Positions 22,477 to 33,273 of a stretch of DNA of 64,000 nt are shown piece after piece. The position numbers were made by a program, and so were the translations under genes. Each line of letters opens with the position of its first letter. Within the stretch, counting starts at the first letter, position 1. Below the pieces are notes generated by a model, which had not been told where the DNA came from, ran no database searches, and saw only the letters and a program-made list of their open reading frames with translations. Source of the stretch: Caecitellus pseudoparvulus (lineage: Eukaryota > Protista > Bigyra: Bicosoecida); assembly GCA_965644315.1 (NCBI GenBank), contig CBFFRQ010000053.1, forward strand, positions 248,001 through 312,000, given 5' to 3'.

Positions 22477-22722
22477 AGCCCTGGCGTGGATGCCGCGTTC
22501 CACAATGCAGAGCCTGCAGCGCTTCTCCCCCACGTCGTGGGCACGCCAATGGCCAAATCACGAGCACCCCACACTGAAGCGGCTGGCCGTTCACGCGTGT
22601 GGTGGAGTTGGAATGCCACCGCCTCCTTGTTTGCGCCTGTGCAGCCGCTTCTTCTCCCTGGTTGGGAAGGCTGCTGGGCGGAGTGGGCGTGCAAATTCCG
22701 CAGACAGCGCAGGCACTCCAGC

Positions 22723-23859
22723 ATGGCTGCCGGGCACCACGGCCTGGGCAAGTTGCTGCAGGTGCTGGAGGAGGACGGATCTCGCATAAAGTTCATGTTG
22801 TCCTCTGACAGCGAGGCAGCCCCCATCGACCCCAGCGTCGCAAACGCGCTGCGGCGAGTGTTGATTGCGGAGGTGTGTGTTGCTGCTGCTGGCGACGCCG
22901 CCTTGCTTGCCTGTCCACGCTTCCTTGGTGTTGCCCCCTTCACCCAGGTGCCCACTGTGGCCGTGGAGAGTGTGCAAGTCTTCAACAATGCGACCCCCAT
23001 GCACGATGAGTACCTGGTGCACCGGATGGGGCTGCTGCCCATCCGCTTCAAAGGCACTGGGCAAGGACCCATGGAGACTTTGGTGGACCACGAGCACTTC
23101 CCGCTGTCCCTGCTGTCAGAGGACGCCAGCATCGAGCAGATTAAGCTGCGGCTGTGTGTGTCCAATGGCGTGCGAGGCTTTGACGTGGCAGGGGAGGAGC
23201 TGCAACCCATCCGCAACGTCACAACCGCTGACTTGGAGTGGTGGGTGGACGGCATGTGGGTGAAGGAGCACCCGCACTTCGAAGTGGCGCACTTTGCCGA
23301 CCGTGCCGAGGCCCACGCGTGCGAGAAGGACGGCGGCATCCTCATCACCAAGCTGGGCAAGTCCCAGAGCCTGTCCCTCTGCTGCGACTGCCGCGTCGGC
23401 ATCGGCCGCATCCACTACAAGTGGTCCCCCGTCTGCACCGTCGCCATGACATACGTGCCTGAAATCCGCATCAACCCTGAGGTGGCCGAGGCGTGCACGG
23501 CAGAGGAGCTGCAGCAGTTCGTGATGGACTGCCAGGTGGGGCTGTTCGAGTTCCGGGAGGACACCAAGCAGGTGGTGGTGGCTGACGCCTCCATCCTCGC
23601 CAACCGCATCGACGTGGAGGGCATCGGCATGGAGCTGGCGCGCTCCAAGAAGATGTCAGAGAACCTCGTCACCATCACCTACAAGCCCAACACATACATT
23701 TTTGAAGTCGAGAGCACTGGCGCCCTCACCCCCGCGCAGATCGTGCTGTCTGCACTGCAAGTTCTGGAGCGCAAGCTGGCCAAGGTTGCTGACGCTGCCA
23801 GCGAAATCGACAGGACCACGACAGCAGCCGGTGCAGAGCACGATGCGCCCCTGCTGTGA
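22723..23859 (+). CDS. RNA polymerase alpha-like subunit, RPB3/RPC40 family (divergent)
   Basis: ANALRRVLIAE|VPTVAV after removing in-frame intron 22873-22947. Further motifs HDEYLVHRMGLLP, ILITKLG, GIGRIHYKWSP and FEVESTGAL. Confidence 0.85.
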   Translation: MAAGHHGLGKLLQVLEEDGSRIKFMLSSDSEAAPIDPSVANALRRVLIAEVCVAAAGDAALLACPRFLGVAPFTQVPTVAVESVQVFNNATPMHDEYLVHRMGLLPIRFKGTGQGPMETLVDHEHFPLSLLSEDASIEQIKLRLCVSNGVRGFDVAGEELQPIRNVTTADLEWWVDGMWVKEHPHFEVAHFADRAEAHACEKDGGILITKLGKSQSLSLCCDCRVGIGRIHYKWSPVCTVAMTYVPEIRINPEVAEACTAEELQQFVMDCQVGLFEFREDTKQVVVADASILANRIDVEGIGMELARSKKMSENLVTITYKPNTYIFEVESTGALTPAQIVLSALQVLERKLAKVADAASEIDRTTTAAGAEHDAPLL

Positions 23860-23883
23860 GTGGGGTCTGGCCCAATGCACGGG

Positions 23884-25158
23884 TTACGCGTCTGGCTCAG
23901 CCTTCGCTGCAGCTGCTGCTGCTGCTGCATCTGGCGCAGCACTTTCAGCCGCTGCCGCCGCCCCGGCACTGACACCACCTTGCTTGTTTGCCGCTTGCAA
24001 GAGGGCCCCCACCTCTGCTTCGATGGCTGGCCCCTCGAGCAGGCCCTTGCGCCACCGTGAGGGCCACCCTTGCACTCCATGCGCGGCGCCCATGAGCGCT
24101 CCCAGAGCAGCACCCCGGTGGACGTTTTCCCCGCCTGCGTTGGTGTTGGCAACCAAGGCAGCCTCAGGGTCTCCAGCGTACTTGTATGCCAGGTACAGCA
24201 AGCAAGGGAAGGAGTGCTCGATGTAGCAGGCGGAGGAGAAGAGGCGGCCAATGACGTCAGTGTCGGCGTGCCCTGCACCGGCCAGCTCCGCAACATCCAC
24301 GCCCACAGCCTTCCCCGCTGCAGCCACGGCTGTGCGCAGGTCTGCCCCCAGCAGAACCTCGCTCACCAACTCCCCGTACACTTGCGCATACGCGGCCAGG
24401 GCCTTGCTGTTGTGAGTGGTGTACATCTGCGCGACAGCCGCTTCGCCCGCCGCGCTGACGACGTCGGCCGCCTCGCGCCCTTCACTGTGGGCCCGTGCGG
24501 TGGTGAAAACAATGGCAGGAGGCAAGTTTACGAGGCCACCCATGGATGCAATGTTGTGGTGGTCGTCATCAGCGCACTGGTCCAGTGGGAGCTTCTGCGC
24601 CCAATTCGCGAAGAACATGCGGTGGTACGACTCCGCGTACGTGTCCCGGTGGGAGCCCGGCGTCGTCATGAAGGTGACATAGTCCTCCAGGAACTGCTGG
24701 GTGTCTGCTGCTCCAGCAGTCGTGTACGCGCGCATGACCACGCGGGCCACAACTGCGTTCAGGGTGTTGTCCCCAGCAGCCATGCCGTGGTGGTAGTGCA
24801 CGCCTCGTGGGCCCCACAGGTGCTTCTTGCCGTGGTTGATGACATCGCCGATGATGCTGCCGCTCTGGCCTCCCCGCCCTGCCCCCCCTGTGTTGGACAG
24901 GGACATGATGGAGGAGGGGTGAGGCTCCTTGGCTGCGTGGAAGTCCACGATGCGCCCTCCGTAGTCCCTGGGAATGGCCCGCGCGTCATAGTACCAGTGC
25001 ACTGGCATGGACAACGCATCTCCAATGAACAGCCCCCACAGGGCGCCTTCGGCACGGGAGGACAAGCTGCCCCCTGCGGCCGCTGCCGGCTCGACTGTCA
25101 CTCGCCCCGTTGCCGCGACGGCAGCCGCCGCCGCTGGCTTCGCACTGCTCGAGCCCAT
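23884..25158 (-). CDS. ADP-ribosylglycohydrolase family protein (DraG/ARH/SelJ-crystallin J1 fold)
   Basis: Motifs GALWGLFIGDALSMPVHWYYD, GDNTLN and NTNAGGENVHRGAALGALMGA..G..GWP. Start MGSSSA (25158). Intronless. Confidence 0.85.
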   Translation of the reverse strand: MGSSSAKPAAAAAVAATGRVTVEPAAAAGGSLSSRAEGALWGLFIGDALSMPVHWYYDARAIPRDYGGRIVDFHAAKEPHPSSIMSLSNTGGAGRGGQSGSIIGDVINHGKKHLWGPRGVHYHHGMAAGDNTLNAVVARVVMRAYTTAGAADTQQFLEDYVTFMTTPGSHRDTYAESYHRMFFANWAQKLPLDQCADDDHHNIASMGGLVNLPPAIVFTTARAHSEGREAADVVSAAGEAAVAQMYTTHNSKALAAYAQVYGELVSEVLLGADLRTAVAAAGKAVGVDVAELAGAGHADTDVIGRLFSSACYIEHSFPCLLYLAYKYAGDPEAALVANTNAGGENVHRGAALGALMGAAHGVQGWPSRWRKGLLEGPAIEAEVGALLQAANKQGGVSAGAAAAAESAAPDAAAAAAAAKAEPDA

Positions 25159-25631
25159 GGTTGCCAGCATACCAGCTATCACCAGCAGGCACTGGAGGAG
25201 CCCTGGTGTGTGTAGACGGGGCACCAGATCTGGCAAGAATGCTTGCCTCTTCGTTGCAACAGGCTGACGTCACACGCTGCTTCCACGGTGAGTGCCTTCA
25301 GGGCTGTGCTGCTTGCTGCGTTGAGGAGGAGGGGTCAGGGAGGGGCTGTGCAAAGTGCTGGTGAAGGAATTGAGCCATGTGGGTCCCTGCACCGCAGCCC
25401 CCGCCGCGCTGCGTGCCGGAGGTGCTCACTGCGGCAAAGGATCCCGCCGGCAGCCTGAGCTGCTGTTGCAGCGCACGGCCCCTGCCTTCCCACAAAGGGC
25501 ATGGCAAAAAGTTGAACGACTCACAACTAAACACTTGCTTGACATCGATTCTTGGCGTGGTTTTTTGTTTTTTGCTCGCCGCAACGTCAGGCGTGGGCAA
25601 CGCAGTGCGTTTCAGCCGCGTTTCGGGCTCC

Positions 25632-27065
25632 ATGGCAGCTTCTACGCCGGACCGCCCGGAAGCCCCCATAACAGAGCTTCTAGCGAAGCACATCGGTGAG
25701 GACACGCAATTGATAGCCCTGCTCTTTGTAGACCCAGATCTGGGACCAAGCAATGCCTTCATTCAGCTGTGGGACACCCTGTGGCGGGAGGTGACTGGCG
25801 TGACAGCGCCAGCTGGCGCTGAAGGTGACAGTCCACGTGTGTCAGCAACGCCAGCACGCCTGAAAACGGTGTTGGTGGTGGAGAACCCACATGATAAAGA
25901 CATGAGTCGGGTGGCACTGCACCCACACTGGGCTGTGGACGACAGGGTCACCGCGATTCGCATGGCCGCCTCACTGTCCATCGTGCAAACCTTCCCCGAG
26001 CTGGTCTTGCTGGACCCCCGCGCAGACTGTGCTGCCATTTGCACGGACGGTGTCTCAGCAGTTCGACGTGGGTCTCTCGTGCCCTCGAGCTTCCCGGCTG
26101 GCTGGCGCACGAATGTCTTGCAAGCCGCCTTGGCAGACGGCAGTGTGGACTCCAGCGGCGCCGTGATGCACCCTGACACGGCATTGCAAGCTGGCGTTTA
26201 CCCAGGGGACACGGCCATCCTGCGCTCTGCTGCTGATCCCAGTGCCAACTCTGCCTGTGCCTTCATTAACGCCCCGGAGGCTGAGCACGAGCTGCTGGAC
26301 AGCACGGGGTCTGGCATGTCGCCCAGCTCCGTGACCCCCGGCACCCTGCTCCTTCCACGCCTGGTGGCACTGAACATGGGCATTCGACCAGGTGCCTCTG
26401 TCGTGGTTGAGCCCTTCCTGTCCCTACCCGAAGCGGAGCAGGTGCAGCTGATGCCCCTGTCCCACGCGCCGGGGCTGCGCACGGCAGTTCGGCAGTTCTT
26501 CGGCCTGCCTCCCATCGAAGACGCGCCAGGAGGAGCTCCTGGGCAACCTGCAGAGGGCCTGGCTGCGCCATCTGTGGCGGCCTCCGTTCAGGACGCCCTG
26601 GCCAGCCACGCAGAGGCAGAGGAGGGGGAGGCAGCCGTCCTGGCCTCCTTGCTCGCTGCTGGCAGCTCCAGCTGGCTGGTGCAGTACGCCAGCCAGGCAG
26701 CCTGCTTCAAGCGCCCCTTGGCATCAGGACAAGTGCTGGCCGTGCCAGTCCAGGGCTCGCCACAGCTCCCAGCAGCGACTGTGCCGCCACAACTGCTGGG
26801 CAGCTCCACAGCCAGGGCTGCTGGCCTCCTTAGCCAGGCAGCCGAACTCCTGTCACACTCCGCGCCAAAGGCGCACTCTACACGGGGCGGGGATGAATCC
26901 CATGACGTGGGTGGTGCGCCTCCCGACTCTTTGCATTTTGTCGGCGACCAGCTGACAGCTGCTGCGGCACAGTGGGCAGGTTTCGTGGTGGTGGCCACTA
27001 AGCCTCGCGGCACCGTCGTCGTCGGCCCAAACACCGACGTGCAGATTCTTGATGCGAGCAAGTGA
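25632..27065 (+). CDS. Nucleoredoxin-type thioredoxin-like domain (no CxxC) fused to a p97/Cdc48 N-domain, no AAA module
   Basis: N-half LIALLF..LGPSNAF.., [22 protein letters not shown] follows the tryparedoxin/nucleoredoxin pattern. C-half [59 protein letters not shown] and [19 protein letters not shown] follows p97 Nn/Nc. Aligned by eye only. Confidence 0.65.
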   Translation: MAASTPDRPEAPITELLAKHIGEDTQLIALLFVDPDLGPSNAFIQLWDTLWREVTGVTAPAGAEGDSPRVSATPARLKTVLVVENPHDKDMSRVALHPHWAVDDRVTAIRMAASLSIVQTFPELVLLDPRADCAAICTDGVSAVRRGSLVPSSFPAGWRTNVLQAALADGSVDSSGAVMHPDTALQAGVYPGDTAILRSAADPSANSACAFINAPEAEHELLDSTGSGMSPSSVTPGTLLLPRLVALNMGIRPGASVVVEPFLSLPEAEQVQLMPLSHAPGLRTAVRQFFGLPPIEDAPGGAPGQPAEGLAAPSVAASVQDALASHAEAEEGEAAVLASLLAAGSSSWLVQYASQAACFKRPLASGQVLAVPVQGSPQLPAATVPPQLLGSSTARAAGLLSQAAELLSHSAPKAHSTRGGDESHDVGGAPPDSLHFVGDQLTAAAAQWAGFVVVATKPRGTVVVGPNTDVQILDASK

Positions 27066-27078
27066 ATGCATTTTCCCT

Positions 27079-28166
27079 TCAGCTGCGGGCTTCTGTGCTA
27101 CTCTCTGCGGGCAGTTGCCCACAATCCTTGACCACGATGCGGCGCCTGGTCTTGCCCTGAAAAGCAAGGGAGCGGTGTGCGAGCAGTGCGGCAGCTGACC
27201 AAGGGTGGGTGCCGGCAAGCTATGCGGGGTACGCACAGACTTGGAGCCCAGGGCTTCCAGCTGCCAGAGGGTGTCCAGCCCCTCTTCCACCTGACCGAAG
27301 ACCGTGTGCTTGCCGTCCAGCCAGGGCGTGCCCCGGAAGGTGATGAAGAACTGCGAGCTGTTGGAGTCGGGACCAGAGTTTGCCATGGACAGCGTACCCT
27401 CCTTGGCGTGCTTGAGCGTGAAGTTCTCGTCGTCAAACTTGCCACCGTAAATGCTGCGGCCCCCCGTGCCGTCCCCGGCTGTGATGTCCCCACCCTGGGC
27501 CATGAAATCGGGAATGACGCGGTGGAAGGCGCTGCCCTTGTAGCAGAGCTGGGAGCCCTTCTCACACGTGCAAAGCAGTCTGTGGGGGGTGGCAGAGCAG
27601 TGAGGCACGGGCGACGCACCCCAGCACCATGACGTCACCACACCAACGCACCTGAAGTTCTCTGCCGTCTTGGGGGCAACATCTGAGCGCAAGGCAATGG
27701 TGATGCGGCCAAGTTCTTCCCCTCGGCCAGCCACCAAGTCCATGTACACTCGAGGTAGGTCCTTTGGAAGCCGCTCTGCGGCAGCGTCTTCGCTCAGCTG
27801 AGTGCCAGAGCTCTGCAGCTCCAGTCCCCGCTTGAGAGAGCGGCGCAAGCTTGGGTAGTCTCCCGTAACGCCGAAGACGAAGCGGTACGTGAAGAAGAGG
27901 ATCACTGCAGTGGATGCAAAGAACCAAATATACACCATGCCGAAGGGTTCCTCGTTAAACTCCTCCTTGGCTCCAGGAGGCGTGTTGCTGCTCAAAAACC
28001 GCACCAGCTGAGCTCGGGAGCAAGCTCCGGGCGGCAGGACCAAAGCGCGCTCTCCCCGCAGAAAGGCACAGCGAGCCGCAGTACGTGACGCTACAGTCAA
28101 GCTGCGGGTTCCGGGCAGAGGCACCCGCGCCACAGCCACCACCCGCGCCCGAGCTGCCGCAAGCAT
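27079..28166 (-). CDS. Cyclophilin-type peptidyl-prolyl isomerase with mitochondrial presequence and TM anchor (3 exons)
   Basis: Motifs APKTAENFR|[44 protein letters not shown] and [10 protein letters not shown]. Removing introns 27580-27651 and 27157-27236 restores GSKS|[17 protein letters not shown] segment [18 protein letters not shown]. Confidence 0.92.
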
Positions 28167-28670
28167 GCTGATCGTGATGCCGAGCCGATGGAGCCACCCG
28201 GATGCTGGTGAGTGTGCGGCACACGCGCTTGCCGCTACAGGTTGGCAGGGTATCTGAAAGAAGACGAACTGAGTGCCTGGCGAAGTACTCACCCCGGGAG
28301 TTTTGGGGTCGAGCTGAAGGACACACAGGGCAGAGCAAGTCACGCTCGCTGGACGAATCACACACGCCATTGTCAGCCATAGCAGCCATTCAACCTCGCA
28401 GCACTCGGCAGCAAAGAGGCTCACACACTCCACTGATCGTCGTTTTTGTGTTTCCTTGGGGGGCCCCCCATCATGGATTTCTAGCAGCGCTGCAGGCTTC
28501 CATCCAGAGCCAAGTTCAATTGGAAACGCAACACACTTGCGGGTTGACATGGAGCTCAGTCTTCTTGGAAGATCCACTCACAGCGTTGACAAAATAGCCC
28601 CATCTCTGCGTAGGACTGTGGTGCTCTATCTCTGCGCCCAGGCTTCGGGCGCGGGCTTCGCGAGTGCACC

Positions 28671-31600
28671 ATGGCAGAGGACCAGTCCGATGACGCCGCT
28701 CAAGGCCATTCATTGAAGCTAGGAGAATGGTGGAGGGATATCGGTCTACAGTCTGCTCCAGACCTTTCGCTGTCAGGGTGGGGAGAGCAACTGCAGGGCG
28801 TGGTGAAGGCCATGGGTGCGGCTTTTGCACACCTGTGACTCAAGTGCAGTCCTGACACTGGCGCCCGCCGCAAGCCCGTGCAGGAGGACAACAGGTGGAA
28901 ATTCTCGCTCGCCTTGCAAAGCTGGAGGCAGGGGTGAGTTGCGGTGACTGGCACCTTGCCCCTCCTTCTGCTGTTCTGAAGCACACTCGCCACCTTCGGT
29001 GCTGGCTTGCGTGCAGCTACGTCTCAACGCCACGGCTGGAGAACAAGCTGCTGCTGCTCTCGAACAACTTGGAATCTTACGAGACAGAGTACGTTCACTT
29101 TGGTGTGGCATGTTGGCGATGCTTTCCTGTGACTGCCAGCCCCTGCCTCACAGGTGAACTCGGCTGCATCAGACGTCAAGGCTGTCAGCGTCACGGCGAC
29201 TGGCTTGCAGGCACAGATCACGGCCCTGCAAGAGGCGAAAGCTGAAGCTCCTGCACCCGCTCCACAAGTTCACGAACGACCGCCTGCACAGTCCCTGTCT
29301 GCCACAGCGGTACAAGGACTCGTCCGGGAGGTGTTGGCGGGTGAGCGCGTCGGCACCGTGGAGGCTGCGTCAGCAGCGACTCGGGCTGCTCTTGAGGCTC
29401 TGACAGCCCACATCCTCGCGGCACAACAGTGGCATGATGATCAAGACTCCCAAGCTGATGGGCTTCATGATGGGGAGGGCCCCATGTCCTGCCAAAGCTT
29501 GTACACGCAAGGGAGCAGGATGGTCACAGGTCTTGCGTGCGCATGCAGCCAACTCTCAGCCGCAGTTCACAACCTCAAGCGCGATCCGAACCCAACTTCT
29601 GCTGTCCAAGATCTCTGCAGAGATGCGGAGACACTCATCGTTGAAGCGGACCAGGCGATGGAAACTGCACAGAGCATGGCAGCCACATTGCTGCAAAGCT
29701 TGGTGCAACATGCTGCCCGGTCGTCCCAAGCGGGTCCAGTACCAGAAGTCAGGGAGCCGGCACAGCCAGCGGTGCCTCAAATCGACTTGTCCGACACCAC
29801 TGCAGCCATCCAGTCTGTTCACAAACAAGCCTCTGAAAACGGAGTGTACACGGCGCAGACGGCAGCAGCGCTCAAGGAGCTGGAGCAAGAGCTGGGCAGC
29901 AGCGTGGCAGAGCAGCGCGCAGCCCTTCAACGCCTTGAGTCTGAGGGCTCTGAGGAAAGGCAAAACATTTTGAAAAGTATCGATCAAGCTCGCTCAGACC
30001 TGCAGAGCTCGGTGGGCGACTTGGAGCGGGAGCTTGCTCGTGTGGCCGAGCTGGCCACCGCAGCGTGGAACCGCGAGCCCACGACCTCAGCTTCAGTCGC
30101 GCCCGAGCCTACTCCGCTACAGCAACCCTCTGTTCCTGAGCTGAAGCAACCTGCTCCTGAGGAAGACAAAGGGCATCAACTCGCTGAAGTTGAACAGGAA
30201 CTGCGACACCTCAACACTTCCGTCGCAGCTTTGCAGCAGCGACTTGGCACCCTGGCCCCACGGGCGGCCCTGTTCAACGTCAGTGAAGACGTCAGGAAAG
30301 TGAAGGAGTCCTTGCAGCAACTGTGCTCATTGGAGGAAGTGCGTGGACTGACAAGTAGAGTGGACGCGCTGGAGGCCAGGCCCGAGGCACCCTGCATGGA
30401 AGACTTGGAGGGCATGTTTGTTTCGAAGCCTGAAGAGGACCGCGCCCTTGAAGCGGCTTTCAAGCGCTTGCTACAAGAACAATTCCCAGATGCAGGCATC
30501 AGCTTGTCGGCGCACGAGGAAGTAGCGCTGGGACAAGGCGAAGCGCGGCTTCCTTCAGTTAGGCGCTCTGCCAGCACCTCCCGGGGCGGCAGTCGACCTC
30601 GAACAGCCCAGGAAGAGCAAAACGCAAAGCATTCAGCAATGCCCAATCCGGAAGTGTCACAAGCTCCCGTAGCGCTTCATGCCTCGGTACAGGGGGCCCC
30701 TCAGCAGCACCAACATCAACCCAGCCAACCAACGCAGGCTGCGAGCTCGCTCATCGAAGCTCTACCTGACAGCCTGAGCAGGTCCAAAGCAAAAGGGAGT
30801 GTAGACGCAGCTGTGCAGTCTGCAGCCGCGTTCTTGGCGAAGTCCATGCAGCGGGAGGTGGAAGTCGTCCAGGATGTGGAGAGAGCGACTGCTCCGCTCA
30901 CCGACGGTGCAGAACACCCCCCTCCCACTCAGCCCTTGACTCCAGCCGAGTTTTTGAATGCGCAACCCCCGCTCCCCCCCAGTCGAGGTGCGAGCACCTT
31001 GCTCCTGGAAAAGACTGGTCACGCGGCAGACAAAGCCCGTCGCGCAGCTCAGACGGTGTGCCGCAGCATCAAGAACATCCCCGCTGTCGCCCTGGCCAAA
31101 GCTTGCCGACGTTTTGGTCGTGCGATGACCTCAGAGGTGTCGGAGCTGCTTGAAATCGCCGGCTTGCGCCAAGACGAAACGGATGACGCGATGTCACGCA
31201 AGGTTGAGGTTGCCGAACACCGAGACGAGCCTGAAGCCGCGACGTCCCTTGGTCGAGTGAAGTGCGTGGCATGCGACAGGCCCACGCGTGCAATGCCTGG
31301 GCCAGCCTTCCCTCGACCTCTTCCAGACGAGCTGACTCGCAAACAACGGGCAGCATCTCTAACCCAAGACGCCGGGTGGCTGCGCACCGCTGGGGAACTG
31401 CCCGGCCTTATCTCCGGTCCAGGTGCGAGCAGCAAAGGCGGCGGCTTTCGCAACGACCCATCCCCGTACATCATGCAGGGCTCTCTACCTGGGGAGCAGC
31501 TCCCTGGGCCGCAGAGCAGTGACTCGGCTGAGCTCGTTCAGCGCTACAAAACCGCCGTCGCGTTGCGGGGCGGGCGGCTGATGCCATTGGGAGTGGGAGC

Positions 31601-32030
31601 TGCTGGGAGCGCCGCCACCTCCGGAAAGATGCCCCCTGGCCCTATCAGGCGCATGTCCACGGCACCAGGGCAGCTGGGCATGACCGCGTCCCAGGCATCC
31701 TCTGCGTTGAAGCACGGATGGGAACCTCGCGTGCAGGGTGTAACAGTAGCTGCTGGCGTTAAGCCTGGCGTTGGAGGCTACCGCCCGCTCATGCCTGAAG
31801 ATGCCCCAGAGGGTAATGGAGACTCGGAGCGGAGCGAAGCCCAGCCTACGAGGGTTGAAGGAGGAGGCACGCCGGTCCCAGTTCTGCTCGTTGTGCACGG
31901 GGATGCTGCCCGGCAAGCGGAGGCTGCGATGCAACCTCATCGCACGAAGGGGCCAGAACGACGGGTGGCATCTGAAGTAGCACGAGCAAACCCGCTGGCC
32001 GAGGCCTCTGGCTGGTCCGTGGATCACTGA
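28671..32030 (+). CDS. Large coiled-coil protein with QRICH2/DUF4795-like C-terminal CxxCDRP motif (three short 5' introns)
   Basis: Three GT-AG introns link MAEDQSDD.. to GGQQVEILARL, LRLNATAGE and VNSAASD (ORF 29154-32030). Heptad-rich. The motif VKCVACDRP resembles the CLSCDRP motif of the QRICH2/C16orf96 family. Confidence 0.55.
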
Positions 32031-32300
32031 CCGTAGACCTTGCAAGACGAATGCAGCCAAGATGATCCGGCCAGGGGGGGCGTCGTACAAGCTCGCTGTG
32101 GGGCAGACCTACAGCACATGCAACACAATCAAGCACATGGACCAGTCATTGCGTAGCCTGTTCGCCACCTGCGTCTCGTCCCCTCTCGCAGACGATCTCG
32201 CCACACATAGGCGCTTGCCCCTTGCAACACGACATCTCAGCTCGACCGTTCGCCGTGGCTCGCGCACAAGTCGCCGCCACCAACCCAACACCTAGAGACC

Positions 32301-32986
32301 ATGGCAGCAACGTCCGAAGGTCACGAGGCTGCGATGCAGAGAGTGCGAGCGCAACTCCGTTGGCTCGCAGCAACTGCTGTGCGGAAATTGCTTGCTTCGC
32401 TGCTTGGCGCAGATCAAGGACTTCTGCTTTGAGTCCTCGGGGTTCACTGACACGTTCACAGAATGGTCCAAGGAAAACGCGCACCGTATCGATCTCAGCA
32501 TGAAGGCGACAGAGCACCACCTGGACTACACTGCCATGCACCAAGAGGTAGGTGCTCTGTAGTCTCCGCAGCTGAGGGCTGGCTCATGAGCGACCACTTG
32601 CTCTGTGCGATGCCGCGCAGTTCGTGGAGGTGTTTGAAAAGCGCCTTGAAGACAGAGTGATGGAGGAGGGCATTTCAGTGGAAGACTTCTTCTTGTGGCT
32701 GAAGCACGACTTGGAAGAGGATCCGGTGTCCAACAACTCTTTTGTGGTGCGGCTGCGAGCTGTCGACGCACACTGCCTGGCCCTTGCGCACTGAGCGCAT
32801 GAATCCCTGCAGGTTGACCTGTTGCTGGCCATGTCTGACTTCGGCATCTTCATGCAGATGATGCGGAGGGCTGCCAAGGATGCGGCAGAGGCCGCTGCCG
32901 CGGCAGGCGCTAGCGAGGGCAAGGGAGGCGAGGCCTCCGACGAGCCGCCATCAGCCACTGAAGCAGCTTCTGAGTCCAAAAAGTAG
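32301..32986 (+). CDS. BART (ARL2/ARL3-binding) domain protein, 4 exons; missed by the ORF track
   Basis: Spliced translation MAATSEGHEAAMQR|IKDFCFESSGFTDTFTEWSKENA..EHHLDYTAMHQE|FVEVFEKRLEDRVMEEGISVEDF..|VDLLLAMSDFGIFMQMM matches the ARL2BP/CFAP36 pattern (E..L.YT.IH.EF...FE..LE; LL...DF..F..MM). All junctions are GT-AG. Confidence 0.8.
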
Positions 32987-33273
32987 CAAAGCTGGTCTAT
33001 TGTGGTCCTCATGAGCCATGTGCACGCTTGGTGCCAGTGGCCTTCACCAGTCGGTACAGGTTTGAACCCTGTGCCCGGTACTGAGGAAGCACGGCCGGGG
33101 ACCAGCCCAATGCAGAGCGTCGCGTAGCATGCTGGGAGTGGGGGCAAGTTGCCTGCATTGGCAGGGGGCCGGGCAGCGATGTGTCTACGCCTTGAGGCCA
33201 ATCCGGGCTCCCTTGCGACGCCAACACAGGCGGTGGTGTTGCAGCTTGTCGGCTGCATTGCGGTATCAGGGCT

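Noticed and set aside
20857-22533. 558-aa minus-strand ORF and many similar long overlapping ORFs throughout the window
   Set aside because: These are antisense or alternate-frame shadows of well-supported genes in GC-rich DNA.
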